Of a DNA stretch of 64,000 nt, positions 1-8,913 are shown one piece after another (within the stretch, counting starts at the first letter, position 1; every line of letters starts with the position of its first letter). Where the stretch lies: contig CAWBZV010000002.1 in the NCBI GenBank assembly GCA_963793305.1, positions 608,001 through 672,000 of the forward strand. The letters are read 5' to 3'. The translations under genes and the position numbers were made by a program. This DNA is from an uncultured Gemmatimonadales bacterium (GTDB lineage Bacteria; Gemmatimonadota; Gemmatimonadetes; Gemmatimonadales; Gemmatimonadaceae). The notes under the pieces were generated by a model that worked only from the letters and a program-made list of their open reading frames with translations, did no database searches and was not told where the DNA came from.

Positions 1-287
1 ACGCCGGCCCGAAGCGCCGCGCGCAATTCGTGTTCGCCGAACACGTCGCACCCGACGTCTTCCTCATTGAGCACGCGGCGAACCGCCAGTACGTAGTTCG
101 CTTTCAGCGACGGCAGCAGCTCGACCCGGCCTCCGGGCCAATGCTGCGCGAACGCCTGACGTATCGCCCGGCAGTTCGCGCGCAGCTGTGCCTCTGACAT
201 GACATAGATGGGCGTCCCGAACCGCTCGGCGATCCGAACGGTGTCGCACCCTTCGACCCACAGCCGCCCGTCAACGTGGCGCAGCAA
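1..287 (-). CDS. Diaminopimelate decarboxylase-like PLP enzyme, N-terminal part (runs off the left edge)
   Basis: Manual translation LLRHVDGRLWVEGCDTVRIAERFGTPIYVMSEAQLRANCR...SLKAN...GCDVFGEHEL fits the LysA/ODC N-terminus (GTP-x-YV, KAN PLP lysine). The TTG start is a guess. Confidence 0.75.
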   Translation of the reverse strand, partial: MLRHVDGRLWVEGCDTVRIAERFGTPIYVMSEAQLRANCRAIRQAFAQHWPGGRVELLPSLKANYVLAVRRVLNEEDVGCDVFGEHELRAALRAG

Positions 288-1422
288 CCGCCGCTCTCTC
301 GCACGAGAGGTGCACGACCCCGTAGCACAGCGCCGCCAATGTCGCCGCGCTGCCCGACAGCACCAGCACCGCCGGATATCCTAACCCGATGTCCAAGAGC
401 TTCCCGGCGGCCGCGGGCCCGATCGCCAGCGCGATGCCTTGTGCGCCCGGCACGAGCGCCGCCCCACGGCCGCTCGGATCCACGAACGCGAGCGTGCCAA
501 GCTGAAAGATGTCGATAAAATTCCACGCGACCTGCAGGACGAGGAGCGTGACGACATACATGACGGCATGCGGCGACACGCTGTGGGCGAGCAACGTCAA
601 CGAAAAGATCGCGAGCGCTGCCAACAGGGGTCGCGACTGTCCCATGCTCCGGCTGATCCGAAACGCCGCGACACAACCGAGGCTCGACAGCAGGACACTG
701 GCCGTCAACAGATGATGTACCGTATCGGGCGCGAGTCCGAACGTGATGCCCATGCGCTCAGCGTAGGCCCAGTAGCTGCCGATCGCGACATACACAAAGG
801 CCACCGCCGCCAGACAAAGCGCCGGCAACACCACGCCGCCATTGATCTCCGTCCGCTCGACGCTCGGCATCTCCGGCCGGCGTGCGCCGAGCGCCGGCAC
901 CATGGCCAACGTCGCGGCCAGCACGACCGCGATCGAGACGAAGAGTCCCGCGGGTCCCCACCGCGCATCGATGGCCGGAAACGCGGCCAGCACGATGGCG
1001 TTTGCGACGACCTGCGCGAAGATCAGTATCGAGAACCCTCGCGCCGTATCCGTCTGGTAGCAGAGCAGCGCCAATGACGACGAATAGATGGCCCCTGATG
1101 CCAGCCCGGCCCCAAACCGAAGCACGCACAGTGGCCCGAGCGCATGGAACCACAGGCACAGCGTATTGAACACAACGCCGAGCACGACCGCGCCAGCCGT
1201 ATATCGCCGCCAGTTTACGCGATTGGCCCACGCCAACGTCGTGATGGCGCCAACACACAGACCAGCAAGATCTATCGATGTGATGTAGCCCGCGTACGCG
1301 TCGCTATATCCCCAGTGATCGTGGAGCGCGCCGACGATAATCGGCATACCGAGGATCTGGATGACGCCGCCGAGGCCCAGCGCGATCTGCGCCCAGAACA
1401 CCCGGCGAGGCTCAGTGGTCAT
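271..1422 (-). CDS. MFS transporter
   Basis: 383 aa with about 12 hydrophobic segments and an LRFGAGLASG helix-4 motif; TATACT lies 8 nt before the ATG. Confidence 0.85.
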   Translation of the reverse strand: MTTEPRRVFWAQIALGLGGVIQILGMPIIVGALHDHWGYSDAYAGYITSIDLAGLCVGAITTLAWANRVNWRRYTAGAVVLGVVFNTLCLWFHALGPLCVLRFGAGLASGAIYSSSLALLCYQTDTARGFSILIFAQVVANAIVLAAFPAIDARWGPAGLFVSIAVVLAATLAMVPALGARRPEMPSVERTEINGGVVLPALCLAAVAFVYVAIGSYWAYAERMGITFGLAPDTVHHLLTASVLLSSLGCVAAFRISRSMGQSRPLLAALAIFSLTLLAHSVSPHAVMYVVTLLVLQVAWNFIDIFQLGTLAFVDPSGRGAALVPGAQGIALAIGPAAAGKLLDIGLGYPAVLVLSGSAATLAALCYGVVHLSCERAAVAAPR

Positions 1423-1476
1423 CGTGCATCAGTATAGCCGAGGTGATGGACGGGTGATACGCCGCACTAGCTCGTG

Positions 1477-1591
1477 TGCCCGGTTCCGGGACGCCGCCGG
1501 CCGCGGGCGAACACGCGTCCGGGGCGTCCCACGCGCAAGACGCGGTTGATCAACGCGTTACCTGGCGAGCGCGATTGGCCCCGTTCTGGCA
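1477..1591 (+). promoter_or_regulatory. Putative sigma54 promoter with IHF site and upstream palindrome
   Basis: TGGC-CCCGTTCT-GGC gives GG-N10-GC (1577-1590); GATCAACGCGTTA (1548-1560) fits the IHF consensus WATCAAN4TTR except at position 1; imperfect palindrome TGCCCGGTTCCGGGAC (1477-1492). Confidence 0.6.
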
Positions 1592-1603
1592 AGAGCGCTC
1601 ACC

Positions 1604-4042
1604 ATGCTACTCGATGACATCGCGCAAGACATCCGGCATGCGCTCCGCGCGCTCAGGCAGCGTCCGGGATTCGCGGCCGTGGCGCTGCTCATTCTGGCGC
1701 TCGGCATCAGCGCGGCCACCGTCATGTTCACGATCGTCGACGGCGTCCTGTTGCGACGCCTGCCGTTCCCGGCGCCGGACCGCCTCGTGGCGCTCCGAAC
1801 GTCGACACAGGACGTGGGCGAGGTGTGGGGCTACTCGTATCCCGACATCCAAGACCTGATTCGCACGAGTCGCACGCTCAATGTGGCTGCGTGGACGTAC
1901 GGTGGTGGTACGATCACCGGCAACGGACCGGCCGAATACGTATCGGGTCGCAAGCTGTCGGCAAACCTCCTTCCGGTCCTTGGGCTCCAGCCCGAGCAGG
2001 GGCGCGCATTCCGCACCGATGAGGATCGGCCCGGCGGAACGCCTGTCGCCATGATCAGCGATGCACTCTGGCGCCGGCATTTTGGTGGGAGTCCTTCGGC
2101 AATCGGCGGTCCCCTCAGCTACGACGGCATCACCTACGTCGTGATCGGCGTGCTGCCCGCGGCATTCGAGCTCACGGGGCCAGCCAACGTCTTCACGGCG
2201 CTCGGCCAGAGCACCGATCCGCGCCTGCACACGCGCGGCGCTCGCTTTATCCGTGTACTCGCCCGACTGCGACCGGGTGCCACGCTGGCCCAGGCGCGCG
2301 CCGAGGTGGCGCTCACCGGCCGGCAGTTGGCGGCGCAGTACCCCGCGACGAACGCGGGGGCCGGTATGGTTGCGCATCCGTTGCGCGACGAGGTCGTGGG
2401 ACAGATTGGCTCGACGCTATGGCTGCTGCTCGCCGCGGTGTCGCTCGTCCTGCTCATCGCGTGCGTGAACATCGCCAGTCTGCTCTTGGCGCGCGCCGTC
2501 GCCCGCGATCACGAGCTGGCGCTCCGCACCGCCTTGGGTGCTAATCGCGGGCGCATCGCGCGACAATGCATGACCGAAAGCGCCGTCCTCGGTGTGGCCG
2601 GTGGCGCACTGGGCGCGATCCTCGCCGCAGCTGGCGTGCGTCCATTCGTCGCGCTCTGGCCGGGCGGCCTTCCGCGGGCCGGAGAGATTCGCCTCGACTG
2701 GCGCGCGCTCGTGTTCGCCCTCGCGGTGTCGCTGGCCACGGGGATCCTGGCGGGGCTGGCGCCCGCTCTCCGCGCCAGCGTCCGCGATCTCGGGCGTACG
2801 CTGCGCGCATCGGGACGCGGGACGACGGCCAACACGCGGCGGATGCACGGGGCGTTCGTCGTGGCCGAATTGGCGCTGGCGATCGTGTTGCTGGTGTCGG
2901 CCGGCATGCTCGGCCGAACATTGATCACGCAATCGACGCGCGATCCCGGGATCGACCCGCACCACGTGCTGGTCGCGCGATTCGCGCTCGCGCCGAGCGC
3001 GCTGGGCGATCCGCAACAGATTCGCGCCGCGTGGCGCCAGGTCGTTGAGCGGGCGCGGGCCGTGCCCGGTATTCGCGGCGTCGCGCTCGCGGACATCATT
3101 CCCATGCGGGAAGGCGAGAACACCATGTCGTATTGGACGACGCCGACGGCCCCGCCACCGGACCAGGAGCCGGACGCACTCGCGTCGAGTGCGACGCCGG
3201 ACTATCGGGCGGTCATGGGCATCCCGCTGCTCAAGGGCCGGTTCTTCACGGACGCCGATAGCCTCGGCACCGAACCGGTGGTCGTCATCGATGCCAATCT
3301 CGCGCGCCATGCCTTTGGCGAGACAGATCCCGTGGGTCAGCGCCTCTGGCTGCCCGGCCTCGGCCCCAACCCCTCGCGCATCGTCGGCGTCGTCGGGCAC
3401 GTGCGCCACTGGGGCATGGCCAACGACGATGTGTCGCGCGTGCACGATCAGGTCTACTATCCGTTCGCCCAGGTCCCGGAGTCGCTCATGCATCTCTACT
3501 CCACGTTCCTGTCGATCGCCGTGCGCACGACAACCGCACCGGCCGACGCCATCCGTCCGCTGCAGTCGGCGCTCGGGGGTGTCGGGTCCGATCAGGCGAT
3601 GTACGACATCCAGACGATGGATGACGCGGTGCGCGCCTCGCTCGATGTACAGCGTTTCCTGTTACTGTTGTTCGGCATCTTTGCCGGCGTGGCGATGCTG
3701 CTCGCCTGCGTCGGGATCTACGGCGTCCTCTCCTACCTCACAACCCAACGCGTCCCGGAGATCGGCGTGCGCCTCGCGCTCGGCGCCACCGCCGGCGATG
3801 TGGTCCGCTTCATTCTTCAGGACAGCATCCGCCTGATATCTCTCGGCACCGCACTAGGCCTCGCCGCGGCGCTCCTCGCGGGTCGCGTCCTACTCAAGGT
3901 GATCGTCGGCATGCAACCAACGGAGCCGGCAACGGTGGCCTCGATGGTTGCACTGCTCGTCGTCGCCGCACTGGCCGCGAGCTTCTTACCCGCGCGGTGG
4001 GCGAGCCGCATCGATCCGGTCAGAGCGTTACGGCAGAACTAG
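1604..4042 (+). CDS. ADOP-type duplicated ABC permease (2x MacB_PCD/FtsX)
   Basis: DIRHALRALRQRPGF, LLIACVNIASLLLAR, EIGVRLALGA and C-terminal RASRIDP-like motifs; 812 aa. Confidence 0.92.
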   Translation: MLLDDIAQDIRHALRALRQRPGFAAVALLILALGISAATVMFTIVDGVLLRRLPFPAPDRLVALRTSTQDVGEVWGYSYPDIQDLIRTSRTLNVAAWTYGGGTITGNGPAEYVSGRKLSANLLPVLGLQPEQGRAFRTDEDRPGGTPVAMISDALWRRHFGGSPSAIGGPLSYDGITYVVIGVLPAAFELTGPANVFTALGQSTDPRLHTRGARFIRVLARLRPGATLAQARAEVALTGRQLAAQYPATNAGAGMVAHPLRDEVVGQIGSTLWLLLAAVSLVLLIACVNIASLLLARAVARDHELALRTALGANRGRIARQCMTESAVLGVAGGALGAILAAAGVRPFVALWPGGLPRAGEIRLDWRALVFALAVSLATGILAGLAPALRASVRDLGRTLRASGRGTTANTRRMHGAFVVAELALAIVLLVSAGMLGRTLITQSTRDPGIDPHHVLVARFALAPSALGDPQQIRAAWRQVVERARAVPGIRGVALADIIPMREGENTMSYWTTPTAPPPDQEPDALASSATPDYRAVMGIPLLKGRFFTDADSLGTEPVVVIDANLARHAFGETDPVGQRLWLPGLGPNPSRIVGVVGHVRHWGMANDDVSRVHDQVYYPFAQVPESLMHLYSTFLSIAVRTTTAPADAIRPLQSALGGVGSDQAMYDIQTMDDAVRASLDVQRFLLLLFGIFAGVAMLLACVGIYGVLSYLTTQRVPEIGVRLALGATAGDVVRFILQDSIRLISLGTALGLAAALLAGRVLLKVIVGMQPTEPATVASMVALLVVAALAASFLPARWASRIDPVRALRQN

Positions 4043-4523
4043 GATGCTCCCGACTGTCGAAGCGTAAGTGGACCCACTCGCGCGCCACTGGAGTGTCTAC
4101 GAAGCGTCCCTGCATGTAATCACGCACCGCGCGACGCCAGAACGACAGTCCAGGTGTATTGGTGACGAGCACGCGAATCAACCACTCGCCCGCATGTTGG
4201 TTCCAGAGATGCGTGGCGAACGTGCTCCCGATGCCTTGATGCCGGAAGCGCCGTAGCACAAAAAAATCCTTCATGTCACGCCCATCAGAGCGTCCGAGCC
4301 ACCGCTCCGACGGGCCAACCACGGCGAAACCCGCCAGGGACCCGCCGACTCTCGCGAGGTAGATGGCGTGATCACCCTGCCAGAGCGAATTCGTGTCGAA
4401 TCCGAACGCTCCGTCATCGCGCGTGTCGATGCCCAGCCACTCACTCATGTCGTGGACGTAATGTTCGTAGAGGTTTCGCAGAATCACGTCCTGGCTGCGA
4501 TCGATGCGCTCAAAAGCCGTCAT
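4020..4523 (-). CDS. GNAT acetyltransferase
   Basis: FFVLRRFRHQGIG acetyl-CoA motif; ATGA overlap with the upstream LytTR gene. Confidence 0.85.
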   Translation of the reverse strand: MTAFERIDRSQDVILRNLYEHYVHDMSEWLGIDTRDDGAFGFDTNSLWQGDHAIYLARVGGSLAGFAVVGPSERWLGRSDGRDMKDFFVLRRFRHQGIGSTFATHLWNQHAGEWLIRVLVTNTPGLSFWRRAVRDYMQGRFVDTPVAREWVHLRFDSREHPSSAVTL

Positions 4524-5287
4524 GTTCGCGCGGTGAAACGCCGCACGACATCGCGATAGGCGCGACCGGACATCAATCGCTTGCCGTTGTTCAGGATGAG
4601 CACGTAGTCACCCTGAAACCATGGCTGGATCTCCTTGACGCGCTTGATATTCACGATCACCGATCAATGGATCCGCACGAACTGCTCGGACGGCAGCCTT
4701 CGCTCGATCCCGTTCAGCGTTTCCCGCACGCGGTATATCTGCTCGGCCGTCTGCACGAGCACGACCTTGTCGGACACCTCGATGCAGTCGATCGTGGCCG
4801 CGTCGATCAGAATATGCCGGTCGTCGACCTTCAAGGTGATACGGTCTGGCGAACGATCTCGGGCGAGCCGGTTGAGCAGCGTCTCGAGTTGCCCCGAGAG
4901 CTCTGACGATCGCCCGCTGCGGACGCGGACGATCGCGCGTTCCATCGCCGTTCGAAACCGTCCATGGTCAAAGGGTTTGAGCAAATAGTCGACCGCGTGC
5001 ACGTCGAACGCGCTCAGCGCATATCGCTCGTACGCCGTCACGAAGATGACCGCGGGCATGTTCGGCACGCCGACGGCGGTGACGACACCGAAGCCGTCGA
5101 GGCCCGGCATCTGCACGTCGAGGAGGACGATGTCGGGCCGGAGCTGTCGGATCGCGTCGACGGCCGCCTGGCCGCTCGCCGCGTCGCCGATGACCTCGAC
5201 CTCGTCCATCTCGGCCAACAGGGATCGCGCCAGACGCCGGGCCGGCGCTTCGTCGTCCACGACCAACACGCGGCAGCGCGGACTCAT
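4520..5287 (-). pseudogene. LytTR response regulator with an in-frame TGA
   Basis: REC domain (VVDDE, LLDVQMP, FVTAY, DYLLKP) plus LytTR domain. The RIHRS motif reads RIH*S (TGA at 4664-4666), and the same frame continues SVIVNIKRVKEIQPWFQGDY to the stop at 4520. Confidence 0.85.
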
Positions 5288-5862
5288 CGCAGAAGGACTA
5301 TGCGCACGCGAAAGCCTCCACCGGGAGCGTTCCCGGCGTCGAACGATTGTCGCTCCCCGTACCGCGCCTCGAGTCGCTCCCGCACGTTCTTCAAGCCACG
5401 CCCGGCTACCTGCCCGTCCTGCCCCACAGCGCCCTGTCCGTTGTCGGTAATCTCGATCCCGTGCTGGATGGCATTCTCCAGACAGGGCTGCAGGATCATA
5501 TTCGGGACCCGGATCGAGCGCGCCTCGTCGTCGACCGCCCACTGGACGGTCAACCGGTCGCCAAAGCCAGCGGTCTGAATGTCGACGTAGCCACGCAGAA
5601 ACCCGATCTCCTGCTCGAGCGCGACGTCCTGCTCGTCCATCCGGTCCAGCGCCGTGCGCAGCAGATCACCCAGTTGCGCCAGGACGCGGCGGGTGGTCAC
5701 GACGTCTTCGGTCATGAGCGCCGATATCGTGTGCAGCGCATTGCGCTGGATAGCGGCCGATTCTTCATCACTCGCGGCTACCGGTGACTGAGCCCAGATT
5801 CGCAGGTCTTTGGTCATACTTTGCTCATACAAGAACAGAAACGACAGCGCCGCGCAAAGCAC
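5284..5862 (-). pseudogene. Degenerate LytS/YehU-type histidine kinase
   Basis: NALHTISAL, LQPCLENAIQHG, DNG and GLKNVRERL are present; the PHFLFN H-box and sensor region are missing, and there is an internal deletion after HGI. Confidence 0.8.
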
Positions 5863-5904
5863 TGGCGCGGCGTAAGTCTCGGTGGGGCTAGGATGTTTGG
5901 GAAG

Positions 5905-5977
5905 CTCCCGAGACAGGACTCGAACCTGTGACCCGCGGATTAACAGTCCGCTGCTCTACCAACTGAGCTACTCGGGA
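5905..5977 (-). tRNA. tRNA-Asn (GTT), CCA not encoded
   Basis: TCCCGAGTAGCTCAGTTGGTAGAGCAGCGGACTGTTAATCCGCGGGTCACAGGTTCGAGTCCTGTCTCGGGAG folds into a full cloverleaf. Confidence 0.97.
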
Positions 5978-5989
5978 ATGGAACACGGT

Positions 5990-6018
5990 AACTTACTGAG
6001 CGCGTTGGGCTTCCTCAA
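5990..6018 (-). promoter_or_regulatory. Putative sigma70 promoter of tRNA-Asn
   Basis: TTGAGG-N17-TAAGTT, ending 12 nt upstream of the tRNA 5' end. Confidence 0.6.
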
Positions 6019-6209
6019 GCTTCGAACCCATGCCCGGTAAGTGGGTCGGGGAAGCCGATTGTGGGCACTCGCAGCGAGGGGAGCGTAAGCGTGTGTGAGG
6101 CGGCTCCCAAGTCCGATATCGGGTCGTTCGCGGGCGGAATGCAATACGGGAGGTCAAACAGGGTGCAGTGAAGCTTTCGTCTTGCGCATTGATCGAACGC
6201 CTCTTAGAG

Positions 6210-6482
6210 CTATGCTCGCGCCGGATCGGGTCCGCCCTTCTTGCCACTCTCCCGGGATTCAGGGTGCACCCCAAGAAGATCGAAAAGGGAATCTTTCGCT
6301 GTCGCGGCGACGCGGGCATCGTGGATGATCTCCACGCCTGCGTCTTTCACGCTCACCAACAGCTGTCGTTTCGCCGCAAGATCTCGTCTTGCTTCCTTTA
6401 GCGCGTGATATCCGAGCCACGAGCTCACGACAGCAGCGACTCCACTGACAATCACCGCTATCAAACCGACGTATGATTCCAC
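6210..6482 (-). CDS. Hypothetical protein with N-terminal TM helix
   Basis: Hydrophobic N-terminus; starts 1 nt after the stop of the upstream ORF. Confidence 0.5.
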   Translation of the reverse strand: MESYVGLIAVIVSGVAAVVSSWLGYHALKEARRDLAAKRQLLVSVKDAGVEIIHDARVAATAKDSLFDLLGVHPESRESGKKGGPDPARA

Positions 6483-6483
6483 G

Positions 6484-6945
6484 CTACACCTCCGAAAGCC
6501 CGACGCCCCATACGCCGGTGACGATTGAGAAAACTAACATCACGAGCGAACCGTACGCGATCACGCGTATGCCGCTCTGGGCGTCAGCAAGGGCCTGACC
6601 CGTCAAAGGTCGAACGGATGCGATTGCTGCGTGGGCAATTGATCCGTACCACACCGCAGCGACTACAACGACCAGCAGATTCAATCCGATAACGATGATT
6701 TTCGTCCGAGGCCAAGTCCCGCCGCGTAGGCCGGGTGTAAGTTCTCCCACAGAGCTCATCGAAATTCCCATTGCTATCAGAAGAGAATCACCGTTGCCAA
6801 ATACACGCGCCAGCTGCAACGCCTGGAGACCCGGCGGGTGTCCCCAAGTTATTAGGACAACCGCACGCACGATCAAAGGCACCGCAGCGAAAACGACGCT
6901 AAAGAAGAGCCATCGGGTGATCTTGTCTGTGACTATTTGAGACAC
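6484..6945 (-). CDS. Hypothetical 4-TM membrane protein
   Basis: Four hydrophobic segments; lower GC than the core genes. Confidence 0.65.
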   Translation of the reverse strand: MSQIVTDKITRWLFFSVVFAAVPLIVRAVVLITWGHPPGLQALQLARVFGNGDSLLIAMGISMSSVGELTPGLRGGTWPRTKIIVIGLNLLVVVVAAVWYGSIAHAAIASVRPLTGQALADAQSGIRVIAYGSLVMLVFSIVTGVWGVGLSEV

Positions 6946-7556
6946 CTAAGTACTCGATCGGTCGAGGACGATCTGAGCGAGACTCGGCGACTCACAGGTC
7001 TCGTTTGCGTGGCAGGTTGCGCACGCGGAGCAGAGTAAGATGTGCTCGTGGACGAGTGCACCATCATCGCCACGCGCGATCACTGGTGCGTTTCGCGAAG
7101 AAAGCGCACATGCGTCTGGCTCGTACCACTGGACCCCTTGACGACGATCCAGCGCGTCGGAGTGCCGGTGCCGCCCACCATGATGCTTCGAACGTCTTGG
7201 TCGACGAACTCCGGCTGTCGATGTGGCCGACGTGGAAATTCCGTGGGCGAACACGACGAGCAAGGGTGACTTCTCGCATCCACCGTGAGAGATCGCACGT
7301 CCGCTATCTGGGCCTAAGCGACTCGAACGGTTCTTGCTCGCTCTAGGCATGGACATTCGCATCCAGATCGCCCCCCGGACTGGAGCGAACAGGCGCGGCG
7401 CTCTTACTGTCCACGATCTCGGGTGGCGATGCGCGCCTCGCATCGAGCGTCGGGCAACTGCACCGTGACCGGATGGCCCGTATCAGCGGATCAACTTAGC
7501 ATTTAGGTGCTCCTAAGCACGGTCGCGAAGTCAGTTTTTCAAGTCCGGAGCGATAA

Positions 7557-7853
7557 GTGCACTTCCTTGTCTTTCTGGCGCATCCGAAACCATCGAGTGA
7601 TGGTTACGGATCAGTCGACGGTGCCTACGTCAGCTGCTGGGTGAATGAGCCGGTAGCGTCTGCCGCGGAACTGGTCGCACGCCAGTTCATCGACGCCGCC
7701 GGCTGGGACATTGAAGAGCTGGAAGAAGCGCATCCAATATCAGAGAATCACTACTCTGCAAGCGACCCGGGCCGCGAGAAAGCCGATCAGGCCCGGATCG
7801 ACGGTATTGTCGTCACATTCGTCGTGTGGGATATCGGTGCGCCAGACGCATAG
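7557..7853 (+). CDS. Hypothetical acidic protein
   Basis: GGAG SD before the GTG; plausible globular composition. Confidence 0.6.
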   Translation: MHFLVFLAHPKPSSDGYGSVDGAYVSCWVNEPVASAAELVARQFIDAAGWDIEELEEAHPISENHYSASDPGREKADQARIDGIVVTFVVWDIGAPDA

Positions 7854-8080
7854 CTGAGGAGTTCCACGGCTGTCGCCTGCCTTCGCGCCTCGCGCCGATG
7901 CTCCTAGTAGTATCACGATTCGTTGCAGCCCGGGCCCGCTTCGTCGCGCGCAGCGCAGTCCCGAGAGGTAAGGGAACGCCAGCCGGGCGCACGGCTGAAT
8001 CCCTCGTACAACAGCGCTTCGGCGACGACGCGGGTAAGGAGAACTGGAGAGGCGCCTCGAAGCCGGGCCCTCATTGGGTC

Positions 8081-8338
8081 TCACCGGTCACGCCGATAAT
8101 AATTGCGCGGCGATCCATCATATCGACCGGATTCGAGACAACATTTCTTGAAACCGGCGACCAGACCCACACGGACACAGATCGTTGCGTCCGAGCTTCT
8201 CGAGCAGCTCCTTAGTGCCGCCGACAACCCGATCGCCGCGCCTCACGCGTGATTCGCTCAGGGAACCCCCGGCGCCGTTTCGACGTCTGCTCAAAAGGAG
8301 GTTAGGTCGTCCCAGTCCTTCGGCGTGTGCTGTGCCAT
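8081..8338 (-). CDS. Small SEC-C zinc-motif protein split over three +1 frameshifts (recoded, decayed or mis-sequenced)
   Basis: GGAGG SD, then [15 protein letters not shown] / [11 protein letters not shown] / [36 protein letters not shown] / [22 protein letters not shown]. GRNDxCPCGSGxxFKKCC is the SEC-C motif. Confidence 0.75.
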
Positions 8339-8395
8339 AGCATCCTCCGTTCAGTGAACGTCCAATCTACCAGACTGCCCCCGGTTACCGGTTCC

Positions 8396-8620
8396 TCAAG
8401 TTTCTCGGCTCTTCGCCAGTGTCCGAAATGCGGCGCGGATGATCTCGTCGGGCACGAGGTCGGGCGTCAGCAGTCTCTGGAGCACGAGGCCTTCGATCAG
8501 CGCGTGTATGATCGGGATCAGCTTTTCGGCGGGATTGGAAGCTCGCCCTTCCGGGTCACGCTCCGCAGCCACTGAGCGCCGCTGGCGTAACTCTGCGCGG
8601 TCAGCTCGCGCACTTGTGGG
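8396..8620 (-). pseudogene. C-terminal fragment resembling a TetR-family regulator
   Basis: ...QWLRSVTRKGELPIP / AEKLIPIIHALIEGLVLQRLLTPDLVPDEIIRAAFRTLA*; frameshifted, with no HTH upstream. Confidence 0.55.
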
Positions 8621-8700
8621 AGCGTCTCCCGGTGCGCCACGGTGTAGGCCAAGCCGGAGAGACGACCCACCGCCGCAACTTCGCGATCCGGAATTGCCGC

Positions 8701-8843
8701 GAAGTCCTCACGTTCCGCGAGGAAGCGCGCGCGACTTGGGGGCCGGTTCGACCCGCGCGCATTTCACGATGCGGCGCTCGCGGAGCGCCTTTTCGCTCGA
8801 CGTGTTGGACGGCGAGATGCACGGGTGGTTGGACGCCCAGTGA
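8701..8843 (+). pseudogene. DUF885 C-terminal remnant
   Basis: REEARA / LGGRFDPRAFHDAALAE / AFSLDVLDGEMHGWLDAQ* aligns with LGARFDLRAFHDAALGQGALPLDVLDSEMHRWMEQ of the gene at 16607-18328. Confidence 0.75.
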
Positions 8844-8913
8844 GAAGGTTTTACGCTCGAGGACGTTGAGCAGGGAGAGGCCGTCCCTTCCTAACTCGCT
8901 CCGAGGCCACGCT

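Noticed and set aside
4664..4666. In-frame TGA as selenocysteine or a reassigned codon
   Set aside because: It replaces a conserved Arg (CGA), the partner kinase is also decayed, and TGA is a normal stop throughout the window
6946..7500. Several overlapping short ORFs
   Set aside because: No recognisable motif, SD or coding-like codon pattern
7913..8074. Short minus-strand ORF MRARLRGASPVLLTR..., possibly a glyoxalase remnant
   Set aside because: The similarity covers only about 15 residues, which is too weak to call
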